Source: Takakia lepidozioides (taxonomy: Eukaryota > Plantae > Bryophyta). Taken from it: a stretch of 64,000 nt of DNA. Shown here in pieces: positions 12,150 through 24,329 of this stretch. The DNA lies in the NCBI GenBank assembly GCA_030704615.1, contig CM060731.1, forward strand, positions 65,534,001 through 65,598,000, in the 5' to 3' direction. The notes under the pieces were generated by a model, which was not told the DNA's origin, did no database searches, and worked only from the letters and a program-made list of their open reading frames with translations. The number at the start of each line of letters is the position of its first letter. The stretch's first letter is position 1. Position numbers and translations under genes: made by a program.

Positions 12150-14420
12150 CTACTCAAGCAGAGCGACCCTCCCAGCCAACAGCCTGGAGGAGATCAAGCA
12201 AGGAGATAGGCAAAGTGTCAGGTAGAGGCGGAAGATGAGATGACGCGGAGCTAGCCACATCAGCCCGATGCAAAATAGATATGGCTTGTGCTCTCTACAA
12301 AGCAACTGAAACACGTTGTCGATAATAGGCGACAAGGACGGAGGCATGTGGGATGCTAGTGGACCTGCTCTTAGCTGCATGATGTGCACATGTCCGTAGG
12401 AAATCGTCGAAGTGCCGGTGCAATGAGCCAAATATCGGCGGCGTGTAGAGTAGGACGTGAGCGTGGGTCATAGATATGGTTGCTCACGCAGTACATGATA
12501 CCCTGCCTCCCGAGCAATAGATGTCACCGCATCGCGAACCATATCATAAGACGCAGTGCGCTCACCACCACATGGACAGCGGAGGAGATGGATGGCAAGG
12601 TCATCGATGGGCTGAAGACAGACGCAGCGTTGAAGGCCCAAGGCCGAAGGATGAGACAAACCGAGTCGAAGGCGGAGCGCAGTAGTGAAAATAGGGGATG
12701 AGAAGTGAAAAGGTGCGATAGTGGGTCGTGCTGCCAACCATGCCCCTGCTCCGGGTCCTCTGCATGATAGAAGTCGGGCTCGATGCAACTCAGAAGAAAC
12801 ACTTGAGAGAATGCCGGAAAAGAAATGACGGTGTACGCGCTCGGAAATGGACTCCTGAAGATGGTCGAGGCCTTGAGCAGCCAACTGCTCAAATGGTGGT
12901 AGACATGCTCGCGCCAGTGCCGGAAGAAGATCTCGTGCAGAGCGGAGATGCTGCTGGAAGGGTAAAATGTCACTGTCGACATGTGTAACGGCGTCAATAA
13001 GGATGGGACGATGGTCACAGAGAAATCATGAAGTGAGGGCTGGCGCCACCAACGCCCAACTGTCGATGAAAGCTGACGGGGCGGTAGTGACAGTGGACAA
13101 AAGACCCACACCACCGGAAGAGACGAGCAGGGTGGCTTGCTGTCGTGGCAAAAGTCCCTGAGCACCCTCCAGAGCTCCTGGTCCTAACAATCTCCCGAAG
13201 ATAGTTATCATGGTAGTATTAAACCCAGATAAGAGGTGTAGGAAATCTGGGCTGGGTGGAACAGTGCGCAAGAGATATGAGTGACGCTGAAGGAAACATT
13301 TGGTCAAGATTCCATATGCTACATGTACATCTCCGAGCCTAGGAAGGAGATCGGTGTGGGTGGCATCCTGGTGGAGTGCATCGGAGTGCATCTTCCAAGA
13401 AGGACGTTGTGAATTGGGTGCCAAAAGGGACTCCCAGGATTCTGATGTCATTGGGCGGAACAATGAAGTGAGCATGGAGGACAAAATCTGCAGGGAAACC
13501 GGACGGAGACCACACCGCACATTTGCGAGGTTGCACTGAAAAGCCCACGGCAGAGAGTTGGGTGACAAAATGATGGTAAGCTGAAAGTACCTGTGAGGCA
13601 GGGCCTACAATGTGCGTGTCGTCTGCCATCGACGGAAAAAGACAAGATGAGTATACTTGTGCAGAAGCCGTGAGGGCGCGGACATGAGCCATGGCAAACA
13701 AAGGTCCTCGTAAAGGGTCGCCTTGGCGGGTCCCAACCTCAGACTGAAAGCACTCACCTAGGCGAGAATGATGACTGTAGTATAGGGGAGTGGTGGATGC
13801 ATAGAATAATCGAACAAACGGAATGAGTTGGTGGAAATCTCCTCCGACTGAACGGAGCTCCTGAAAGATAGCCGCTCGTGACACAGTGTTGAAAGCGTTG
13901 GTGATGTCGACCTGGAGAACCACCCAATCCGGATGAAGATCAAGAGCTGCACAAATCCCCTGAACCACCGCCTCGCAACCTCCTGGAGTGGCGACCCTGA
14001 ACTGGTGTGGAAAGAGGTGTCCGGAGAAGGCATCTCGAAACTGAAGACAAAATGAGCAGCTGACAAGGCGGTAAAGAACCTCTCCAACTACGATAGGGCG
14101 GATGCCAGTACCTGAGGGTTTGCTCATAGCCAACAATCTGGAGGCCCCAAGGAAACGGGCCACTGGGGTAGGGATACGGCCAGCAGCAATAAAGGATCAA
14201 CTCTAAAATAGCTGAGAGAAGCCACTAGCAGAGCTCGGTGGAGAGAAACAGTCGCGTAAGTGCTCATACAAGTCGAAGTCCTCGACAAAGAGCGACAAAA
14301 TATCTTGAGCTGATGGGTGAAGGGCTTCGAGGGCAATGACAGTATCCGGTGATGGAGGCGCTGGTGAGGAAGGTGCTAAAGCCTTGGCCGCGCGTGAATA
14401 CTCGCCAACGCGGCCCAACA
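12150..14420 (-). mobile_element. CRE-type non-LTR retrotransposon (RT plus restriction-like endonuclease), 5'-truncated and frameshifted
   Basis: RT motifs GIRPIVVGEVLYRL, QVDITNAFNTVSR, GTRQGDPL, MADD. C-terminal GAWL..P, ALRLRLG, CCHC knuckle CVC..DDLAIHLLRC...VRD, and RQRVSVAL*RAQA tail. Confidence 0.85.
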
Positions 14421-14898
14421 GACAACGTGGTGGCCGATGCTTTAAGTAGAAAGCAGCAGCTCTTGTTGGTGTACAAGGGCGAGACGGCGCTCCAAAGGAA
14501 GATCCGGAAGGCTTCCCGGAAGGATGAGCTGGCGAAGTCCGTGATGCAGGACTTGAGGATGGGGGTAAAATCGCAGTTCCACTTGCAAAATGGACTGCTC
14601 CGGTATAAGCAAAAGCGTCTCTACGTGCCGAAGGGAGGGATCAGAGATAGCCTCTTGAGAGAATGCCATGATAGCCCGCTTGCGGGCCACGGCGGAGCCA
14701 AGCGCACTGCGGTACTCTTGAAGAAAGAGTATTTCTGGCCCAAACTGAGGGATGAGGCAGAGGAGTATGTCAAGACATGCACCACATGCCAACAAAACCG
14801 GAGCGAGTACAAAAAGCAAGCGGGGCTGTTACAACCCTTACCGATTCCAGAGGGGACTTGGGAAAGCGTCTCGATGGATTTCATGACTGCTATGCCAT
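14420..14898 (+). mobile_element. Ty3/gypsy pol fragment (RNase H end to integrase Zn finger)
   Basis: NVVADALSR; ECHDSPLAGHGG...YFWP...YVKTCTTCQQ; GLLQPLPIP..WESVSMDF. Confidence 0.9.
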
Positions 14899-15590
14899 TG
14901 TCACATCTTGGGTGCGTGCCTCAGAAATAGGAAACGCATCCGAGGCGGTTGCAGCTTTCGAAGGGCGACCTTAAAAGCAGAAGAAGCGTTGATGGGGACA
15001 TCAACCTTGGAGCGTGGGGGAGGAAATGCATGCTTAGCCCGGCTTAGCTAGCTTAGGAATCCGATTGCAAAAACTTGTATTGTACAAAACGTGCTATAAA
15101 TGAAATGGCTTCCAAATGTTGTGCGTCCTATTTTGTTTGGAATGGTGATGCATGGTATGGTTGGCTAGTGTGTAGAATGCATGCTAGCTTATAAAAGTGG
15201 GAGAGGTAAATTGGATTAATCGTGTGTTTGCGTAGTGCCGAAATCGGGTGACCCCCATCCAAGGGGCAAGGAAACTTGCGCCTTCTTTGGGAGTTCACGT
15301 GCTAGTGCGCACCTGGCGCGTGCACGTACTATAACTGCGCTACCGAGGGGTTTCCTTGTAGTGCGGGCTAACGCGGAAGCTACGTGCTTCCGTTCACGTA
15401 CTATAATCGTGTAGCCTCGGGACAAAGTCGTAGTGCGGCTTCGGCGTGTTCCCGTACCTCAGGCCATCATTCCAAGGCGGACCCAATTGTAATGATTGGG
15501 GCGCACGGTTGGTTCAAGGTTATCTTCCTAGTCAAAGAGGGTTCCAGGTGAACCCTTGCTCAAGGTGATGCCAAAAGCGGCATCATGAGC
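14899..15590 (+). mobile_element. Possible LTR with degenerate Met-type primer-binding site
   Basis: Begins TGTCACA, is non-coding, has TATAAAA near 15190 and ends near cggcatcatgagc (resembles tggtatcagagc). No second copy in the window. Confidence 0.35.
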
Positions 15591-15892
15591 GGTCGCAAGC
15601 AATGTTGTTGCAGTAAGGCGATTCGATCCTCGGGGAGGATCGTTCCGTGGCCTTGAAGTAGGCCAAGAAGAGTGCACTGGGAGGAGCTGGAGAGGCTCCA
15701 CCCTTGGCCGGGACTTGGAGGAAGTCGGCCGAACTAGCTAGTGGAGAGTAGAGTCAAGTGTGGGGTTTGGTTCTTTGCCATGGGACGCCATGGTACGGAA
15801 ACAAACTCCTTGATGTGGGACGCCACAACTTGGATGTTCGTTTCTACAAAATGGACAAGACGATGAGGACATCGACTCCCTGTTGGTAGGGG

Positions 15893-16191
15893 TGTGTGTC
15901 GCGCCCCCTTGCCTTGAGAGCAGGGGGGTCGGGACACATGAGGGGCTGCCCCTGTGGTGGGGGAAGCGGCAGCGATAGGTATGGGGGGCTGAAGCACCCT
16001 TGAGTGCCCAAGGCACTCAAGGAGGCGGAGGCGCTCACTAGGTGGAGCCCCGCACACCGGGTTGCGGTGGGGGTGGCTCCACAAGGGGTGGTGGTAGCTT
16101 AGTGGGACTTAGTGGGGGTGGCATAGGACTCACCATGGGGGTGGAGACCTCGTGGTGGGAGTCGTGGGGAGTCTTGGGACTCATCACGGTC
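15893..16191. repeat. Inverted copy of the 815-1110 repeat, truncating the gypsy RT
   Basis: Near-identical to the reverse complement of 815-1110. Confidence 0.85.
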
Positions 16192-18283
16192 AGGTGCTCC
16201 AGGTGCTCCTCCTTTGTTTTTGAATACACCAAGATGTCGTCGATGTACACGATCACAAAGTCATCCAACCACTCTTGGAAAAGGCTGTTCATCAGCGTGC
16301 TAAAAGGTCGCGGGTGCGTTGGTGAGCCCAAAAGGCATCACCAAGAACTCATACGAACCATACCTCGTCCTGCACGCGGTCTTCTCCTCATCTCCTTCCG
16401 CCACTCGAATTTGATGATTGCCGGAGCGCAGATCGATCCGGCTGAAATACTTCGCTCCTGCCAACCGATCGAAAAGGTCGTCGATCCTTGGCAAAGGGTA
16501 TCAGTTTTTGATAGTCACCTTATTCAGAGCCCTGTAATCGACACACATCCGCAGCGTCCCATCCTTCTTGTCTGCAAATAGCACCGGGGCTCCGTAAGGT
16601 AACTTACTCGGCCGGATGTACCCCTTTGACATTAGATCCTTGAGCTGAGTCTTCAGCTCGACCAACTCTCTGTGGCTCAACCGGTAGGGCGCCTTGGCAG
16701 GCGGTTCCGATCCCGGTATCACCTCAATCTTGTGGTCAACTCCTCTTCGCGGTGGCAAGCCGCTTGGCAAATCCTCCGGCATCACATCATGGTATTTCTC
16801 CAAAATCCCCTTGATCCAATCTGGGCTCGGCTCTCCATCGCCTTCTCCCTTCACTTCTCTAATGTAGAGCAAAAACTGGGGCTCATGTGCCTCCTCCACG
16901 GCCCACTCCCTTGCTGACAGAAGGTTTATTCGCCCTCCCACGGGTTTGGGCGTTTCCGAAACTCGTAAGACCTCGCCACCATTCCAACATGGCAGCGTGA
17001 CTAGCCTCTTGCGGCCATCTATGACCACTCCGGATTTGCTCAAAAAGGTCATCCCCAAAATGAGATCCACTCCATCGATCTCGCAGACGGTGAAGTTCTC
17101 ACGTCCCTCCCAACTCCCCAGTTGAAGAGGAACATCGAACGCCAACCTCGTTGCCAATTGCGGTTCTCCTTTTGCAGAACACACCTCAATAGAGGCCCCT
17201 ACGTCAGTTGTCGGGAGTCCCAACTTTTGTGGCGTTGCCGGTATCATAAAGGAGTGCGACGCTCCTATGTCCACCAACAACGACACGTTAGTTCCAGATA
17301 TTATCCCATCCACGAACAATAAGTGACTCCCTTTACGCAATGCGCCAGTTTCCTGATACAACTCACAAGAATATTTGCCTACCTTGCAAGTCCTGGCGAC
17401 CACCGCTTCCACCAAGCGACTGATGGTATCTTCCGACAGCTCCGTGGTTGCCCGAGTCATGTTCAATTGTCGGGGTTTCGTGCACTTCTTGGCCATGTGC
17501 CCGGGCTCTCCGCAATTGAAACACACTCCATCAAAGGTCGCCTTCTGTCCGCCATAAGCCGCTCCACCCACTTTTCCTTTCGAAGCACCGGGTGCCGCCT
17601 TGACGTGTGAAGGCCCTCCCTTCGATTTCCACGTGCCATTGTCCGCGTGGCCTATCCCACTTCTTTTCCGGTCGAAAAGAGTCACCTTCCCGCCGGGTCT
17701 TCTTGTGGTTCAGCTCCGTACGGCCTTGTCTTTCACCCCTAGGGACATCTGAGAAACATTCAGCCCTCTCAATTGCCTCGTTCAAAGTCTTAGGTGGCTT
17801 CTCCTCCAACTTCCGCCTGGCCCATGGGGCCAGTCCCGCCACAAAGTTGAAGACCATTTCCGGTTCTGCCATGTCCGCGACTTCGAGCAAAAGCACATTG
17901 AAAGCCTGGACATATCCCCAAATGTCGTCTGTTTGCTTCAAATTCCTCATCTTGTCCCGGGCAAGCCAGGACGCGTTGAGGGGTACAAACTGTCTCTTCA
18001 TCAATTCCTTGAACCCACTCCAGTTCAAGGTTTCCGGGCTTGAACCTCGGTCATGAAGGCGTTTCTGCCACCATTGTTGAGCATAGCCCCTCAAATAGGT
18101 GGGAGCCACTTCCACCCGATCCTCGTCACTCAACTTGGCCGCCCGGAAGTACTGCTCTAGCTCCAAGAGCCAGGTGTCGAGTGCCTTCCGATTTCGGACG
18201 CCCTCGAAGGTGCCTGGTTCTTTAGGCTTCACCTTGAACTTCGCCTTAGTGGAAGTGGCATTAGCCGCTGCGCCCAACCTATG
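16192..18283 (-). mobile_element. Ty3/gypsy gag-protease-RT fragment (degenerate)
   Basis: Gag (LDTWLLELEQYF, AQQWW), [14 protein letters not shown] knuckle, protease [24 protein letters not shown] / [14 protein letters not shown] / VYIDDILVYS. Contains stops and frameshifts. Confidence 0.93.
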
Positions 18284-18284
18284 A

Positions 18285-18872
18285 GGCAACAGTGGTGGTG
18301 GCACTGAGTGCACTGCTAGTTCTGGAGAGGGATAATGCATCTAGTGCTGAAGGCATGGCTGAGACAGGTGCAGTGGAGGCATTGTTGGAGCTACTACGGT
18401 GCCATCAGTGCGAGGAAACTGCGGCACGCCTTGTGGAGGCCTTGTTCAACAACGTCAAAGTTCGTGACATGAAGGTGGCCAAACTTGCCATTGCATCTTT
18501 GTCACAGTACTTGCTCGACCCACAGACACGAATGCAGCTAGCAAGGCTGTTGGCAGCATTGGCATTAGGGGATCTGTTTCAGCATCAGGGCCTGTCTCGC
18601 AGTAGTGATGCAGTGTCAGCCTGTCGTGCTTTGGTGAGCTTGTTGGAGGATCAACCAAAATGAAGATGGTGGCCGTGTGCGCACTGCAGAACTTGGTGTG
18701 CAACAGCCGGTCCAACAAGCGTGCAGTGGCTGAGGCTGGTGGTATTTAGGTGGTACAAGAGCTCCTGGCCTCAAGCAATTCGGAAACTGTAGGGCAAGCT
18801 GCTACATTGATCAAGCTTGTCTTTTCAAACCATACCATTCAAGAGTATGCCTCGAGTGAAATTATTCGGGCT
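18285..18872 (+). pseudogene. CSI1: Internal fragment of CELLULOSE SYNTHASE INTERACTIVE 1-like ARM-repeat gene
   Basis: [73 protein letters not shown], all recognised from CSI1/POM2. Frameshift near 18660 and a stop near 18747. Confidence 0.88.
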
Positions 18873-19118
18873 CTATCGATTTCATCTTTGGCAATGGCCG
18901 CTCCCTATACAGAGGATGCAAGCTGCACGCAGTGGCGGATACCTTCGATTCACTGACTACACAGAAGAAGAACGAATCTCGCATGGACACTGGTTTTTCT
19001 TTCGTGGATTGCTTTGTTTTTGGAACTGGCCTGGAGCACTTGTTTTGAAGAACCCATGCACTCCACCAGCCTGCGTAATGCCTCACGATGTGCGCTCATA
19101 TCTTTGCTACCAAATCCT

Positions 19119-19469
19119 TCACCTTCTTCTCCCCTTCTGAAGGCCTCCTGTGCCTCTTGAAACAGCGTCTTGGACGTTGCTGGCAGCTTCACTTGCCTTC
19201 TCCTGAATGGTTTGCGCAGCGTCTGATATGGTGGAATGGAAATCCTTGCTAGCAGAGTCGGTGGAGTTCTTGGCCTTACCAACGTTACTCTCAGCACCCT
19301 TCTTGGCATCGGATGTGGAGCCAAGGACAGCTTCTTTCAGATTCTCAGCCTGCTGTCGGATAGTCGAGCCAAGATTCTCTACCTGGTTGGTACCATCCTC
19401 CAGCTTTCTCTTGTTGGTGCGGGCAGCAGAATCAGCTCGATTCTTCAGGTCAGCTGATGCCTTCCCTGC
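19119..19469 (-). pseudogene. LEA-like hydrophilic coding exon (orphan)
   Basis: Open frame missed by the ORF track: AGKASADLKNRADSAARTNKRKLEDGTNQVENLGSTIRQQAENLKEAVLGSTSDAKKGAESNVGKAKNSTDSASKDF...AAQTIQEKASEAASNVQDAV. Call rests on A/K/E/S-rich composition only. Confidence 0.4.
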
Positions 19470-19872
19470 CTATGGCGGTGCACGGCTCTCATCCAGCCAA
19501 GCAGTCAGCAGCGCAGCCTACACACCCCACTCTTAGATATAACCACAGGTTGACAAAAATCGCAGCAGCATCTCAAGCCTCCTGTTCTGATCCCTGTGAC
19601 CAAGCTATATTACAATAGTGCTTAACAAAAACAAAAACATCATATCTAGCTTAGCACTGGAAAACTAGATAGAGTCATCTCTCTCGAGTGATAAGAAAGC
19701 TAAATGACATACACTCTCAACACAAGAAACATGAAATCCATCGCTATCACTCGTTAAGATAATAGTCGAGCCAGGGGCACCCCAAGCTATGGGGACTCCA
19801 CCCCACAACAACCTATACTCCCATCATAAGCACACTCAGTCCTAAACGATGCAGGAGCTCGGTCGCGTAGGC

Positions 19873-21432
19873 GTGCATAGTTGTAAGAAGCCTAGCGATG
19901 TCGCTTCCAGGATCCAAAACCATTGCCTCCACAGCAACATGCTTGTCTTTGTCTTTCGCATGGTGTTTCTGAATGTATCCCATCCATGCCAGCAATCGGT
20001 GGTTGCCGTCCCAGACGTAGAACATGTAGTTGCAGAATTGCTGGGTCTTCTTTCCCATCATGAGGCCCAGCTCGAACTCCTCATTGGCATCTTTCCAGCA
20101 CTCATCCCAGTTATCACTGATCTCTGGAGACACTAATGTGCTTTTCCCATTTATACCCGTCAGTGACACATAAAAAACTTGTGCACCAAGTCCATATCCA
20201 TGCACAAAATCACTCTCCAATTTTGTTATGTCATGGGAAAGATGTGGACGCACAACATGCATAGATATCATCCGGCACAGAGGGATGTCCAGACGCCCTC
20301 CAGATACGAGCATGTCCCTTATAACCTCCTGAGAGTTTACCTTCTGGAATGACATGAGTTCTTTCACCTTGTCAAGGTAGTGCACTTCAGATTCATCTGC
20401 TTCATCTGTATTCTCTGAGCTTTTTCCGGACTCGTCCCCATCTCCAGATCCTTTCCTCTTTGATCCTGTAGGCTTGGACCTCACAGTTTTCTGCACGATG
20501 CCATTCAATTCTGATTGAGTAATTTGCAAATAGTGAACGGCGAACGGTAACGACCATCACTCTGTCTCCAAGAAACTCACTATGAATGGTGTGAAACAAT
20601 TCAGCACAATCTACACAAGCAAAGCTGATCCTACCGTATTCAAAACAAAAGCGAGAGCGATAGCGAACGGCGTTAACGACAATCACAAAAGATAAGACCT
20701 GCCGGATCGGTGTTGTGTAATGACATCTATGTGTAAGTGATTGGCGGCGGCAACGACATTCAGTATAGTTTAGGGCGGACAGTAAGTGCAGATTATTCAG
20801 ATTGACTCCATTGTGATTACCGTCGCCAGCATGGGAAGAGGAAGGACTGCTTGAAAGGCAATCAGACAGACTGTATGATCTGAACAACGATGATTGATGG
20901 TACCGTCAGTCACCCACTCATTGTGCGGTAAACCCTTAGCAGAGGAGTAGAAAGCAAATCACCGTTGTGATGGTCGGTAGTGACAATCCCTGTCTGGGAC
21001 ATTCCACTCAATCTCTACGCAGATCTTCAACAATGAAATGTAAGTTAGAGAAAACTTACTGGCGCCTTCTTAGGTTTTGAAATTGGATCCCCTTCTGCAG
21101 CTTTCCTCTTCCCTCTCACATCTGCTAGAATTTCTGTCTGCTCTAGGGTTTCTGGACCTTCTCCCGGTTCGGCGTTCCTCGTGCTTCCACCTCATTCAGT
21201 GTCCCTGCGAGTCATCTCTGCATCCACAGGCTGGCGCACTCTTATCGCCGACTGTGTCACAGTCGCTGCCTCAGTCTCCGTCTGCTCTTGTGAATCAGTC
21301 TCCGCGTTCACCTACTGCCTTGGCCCTGTGTTCTCCAACAAACGACGCCTCGTCATTTGCTCTCTTGCTCTGCGTCTCTCTCTAAGGGAAGTAAAATAAA
21401 GAGACTTTCTTCTCTTTCGTATTGTAGAAGGA
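19873..21432 (-). pseudogene. 5' partial copy (exon 1, intron 1, ParB-like exon) of the ParB/methyltransferase-like gene
   Basis: Homologous to about 42203-43806. Its exon 2 is uninterrupted and contains FYVWDGNHRLLAW. Ends at the assembly gap. Confidence 0.85.
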
Positions 21433-21932
21433 NNNNNNNNNNNNNNNNNNNNNNNNNNNNNNNNNNNNNNNNNNNNNNNNNNNNNNNNNNNNNNNNNNNN
21501 NNNNNNNNNNNNNNNNNNNNNNNNNNNNNNNNNNNNNNNNNNNNNNNNNNNNNNNNNNNNNNNNNNNNNNNNNNNNNNNNNNNNNNNNNNNNNNNNNNNN
21601 NNNNNNNNNNNNNNNNNNNNNNNNNNNNNNNNNNNNNNNNNNNNNNNNNNNNNNNNNNNNNNNNNNNNNNNNNNNNNNNNNNNNNNNNNNNNNNNNNNNN
21701 NNNNNNNNNNNNNNNNNNNNNNNNNNNNNNNNNNNNNNNNNNNNNNNNNNNNNNNNNNNNNNNNNNNNNNNNNNNNNNNNNNNNNNNNNNNNNNNNNNNN
21801 NNNNNNNNNNNNNNNNNNNNNNNNNNNNNNNNNNNNNNNNNNNNNNNNNNNNNNNNNNNNNNNNNNNNNNNNNNNNNNNNNNNNNNNNNNNNNNNNNNNN
21901 NNNNNNNNNNNNNNNNNNNNNNNNNNNNNNNN
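21433..21932. other. Assembly gap (500 N)
   Basis: Run of N; adjacency across the gap is not verifiable. Confidence 1.
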
Positions 21933-23420
21933 GTTCTATGTGGATCACCAGGCTCTGATATACCTGGTAAACAAACCTCTGATAAGCGGAAAGAATAGCA
22001 AGATGGTTGATAATCTTGTACGAGTTTGAGTTCGAGGTTGTTTACAAGCCTGGGAGACTGCATCTTGTGGCGGATCATTTGTCACGATTGTCAACAGGAG
22101 AACCAGCCACAGGATAGATGATCAATTACCAGATGCGAGTCTCTTTGCAGTGGAGGTGCAGGGAAGTGCAGATGACTGGTTAGATTGGCAGTGGCCAATC
22201 AGATACTACCTTGCTCATGGTCAGTGCCCACCTAGTTATGGTAAGGAGCAGAGGAAGAGAATCGCTATCAAAGCTTTACCTTATACTATGGTAGGAAGCA
22301 GAATGTATAAGCTAGGACCTGATGGAGTACTAAAACGATGCTTGTACCACCATGAAGTAAATAAAGTTTTGGCGGAAGTTCATAAAGGAGTGGCTGGAGG
22401 TCATTTTGGAGAAGAGACTACCAGTAGAAAGATACTACTCGCAGGATACTGGTGGCCTACTTTGTTCAAAGATGTACACGAGTATTGTCAGAAGTGTGAT
22501 GAATGTCAGAGGCTAGGACCTTTGCAGAGATCTGGAAGGATGGCCTTGCATCCTACAATGCCTATGAACCATTTCAGAAATGGGGACTAGACTTTGTTGG
22601 ACCAATTAACCCACCATCCAAGAATACACGAAACAAGTACATAATTACAGCCACTGATTATACTACAAAGTGGGTGGAAGCTAAAGCTTTGAGGGACAAC
22701 ACAGCCAAGTCCACAGCATGTTCCTGTACGAACATACTTACACGATTTGGCTGTCCCTTAGAATTTATCAGTGATCAGGGAAGTCACTTCATGAATGAGA
22801 CCATTGAGTTGTTGACTAAAGAGTTCATGATTGTGCATAGAAAGAGTACAACATATTACCCACAGGGTAATGGGCAGGCAGAGGCTACCAACAAAATACT
22901 ATGTACTATCTTGGCTAAGATAGTCAAAGCAAACAGAACGGATTGGGATACAAAGCTGCTGACAGCTTTGTGGTCATACAGACTTCATATAAAGTCACCA
23001 CTAAGTATACACCATTCCAATTAGTTTATGGTATGGAAGCCTTACTTCCAGTGGAATTCCTGTTACCTACCATGAGAACGGAGTGGACGGAGTGGGGAAA
23101 GAGAATGGAATTGCAAGACTCCATCAAGGTCAGGAAACATGAATTATACCATGTGGAAGAAGTACGTGCTGATGCAGCTGATAATATGACCAGAATTCAG
23201 ATGAAGAGAAAGGAACAGTTTGATGAAGGCAAGTTAAAGACTTTTAAGACGGGGGATTTGGTTCTATGGTTGCAGAAGAAAGGAAAGATTCAAGCTTCTA
23301 AGCTTAAATCACCATGGAAAGGACCTTATGTCATACAAAAGATGTATGATAACAACACCGCCATGTTACAAACCATTAACAAAGAAATGCTGGAAGAGTC
23401 AATGCAAATAAGTTGAAGGG
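21933..23420 (+). mobile_element. Non-chromovirus Ty3/gypsy pol (RNase H end plus integrase)
   Basis: VDHQAL, RWL..L.EFEFEVVYKPG...VADHLSR, HKGVAGGHFG...GYWWP...[36 protein letters not shown]. Several single-base frameshifts. Confidence 0.93.
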
Positions 23421-23570
23421 GTACAGTGGTATCCATGACAAACCCTTGCAGCATGATTTGCATGTTGAAACGCAAGAGCAGTCACGGGCTGCACCAGTGT
23501 TACGAACGGAGTATGGAGCACTTGTCGCTAGGCCGAGCATATATGACCAGGGCGGGCAAAACAAACGTGA

Positions 23571-23775
23571 CACAGCCTATCACAGCCCAACAAGGCAAAG
23601 CACAGCCTATCAAAGCCCATCACAACGTGACACAGCCTATCACAACCCAACACGGCGCAACACAGCCTATCACAACCTACCACAGCGTGTCACAGCCTAT
23701 CACAGCTTACCACAGTGCATCACAGCCTATCACAGCGTAACACAGTATGACACAGCCTGTCACAGCTCAACACAG
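23571..23775 (+). repeat. 30-bp tandem repeat, about 7 units
   Basis: cacagcctat recurs at 23571, 23601, 23631, 23661, 23691, 23721 and (variant) 23751. Confidence 0.95.
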
Positions 23776-24329
23776 TTAGGGTTACACGATCCATAGAATC
23801 AGTGACAGGTGGACGCATAATAACTTCAGGAAAATGGCTGACGGAAGAGAAAACGGAAATTAGTTTAAAATAGACACGTGGAGGTCAGGGCGCGACACAC
23901 AGCTGAGAAGGAAGTGCAAGAACACGTGTTCATAAAGAAAGAGGACAAGAACGGCCGTCAAAGGGATGAAAGGCGGGCCCATTAATGAATACGGAAAAAG
24001 GGAAACGGAACGAACGGCAAGTACAGAAAAGCGAAATTCTTGTCACATGTGTGATCCTAGTGGACTATCCAGCAGGGAAAGTCACTAAAGAAAATAAAAT
24101 CTAAAATCCAAGTCACAGCGGATACAGCCAATAGAAAACCAGAGAAAGGATCAAGAAAATGGAGGGAAATTGAGCGCAAGAGCGGCGTCGTTCTAAGTAA
24201 CGGGCGTCTCGACGGGACAGACCTCAATGCTATAGCTTGGAACTATGGAGGAACTAACAGACTATACGCTCGCAATATTACTTACGCAGTGGCATAGACA
24301 GAAAGGACAGAGCGGAGTTTTTCTCTTGA

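Noticed and set aside
17531-17685. Programmed gag frameshift
   Set aside because: The shift lies before the zinc knuckle in an element with other lesions; mutation or sequencing error is more likely.
21353-22078. ORFs spanning X runs
   Set aside because: Created by the N gap.
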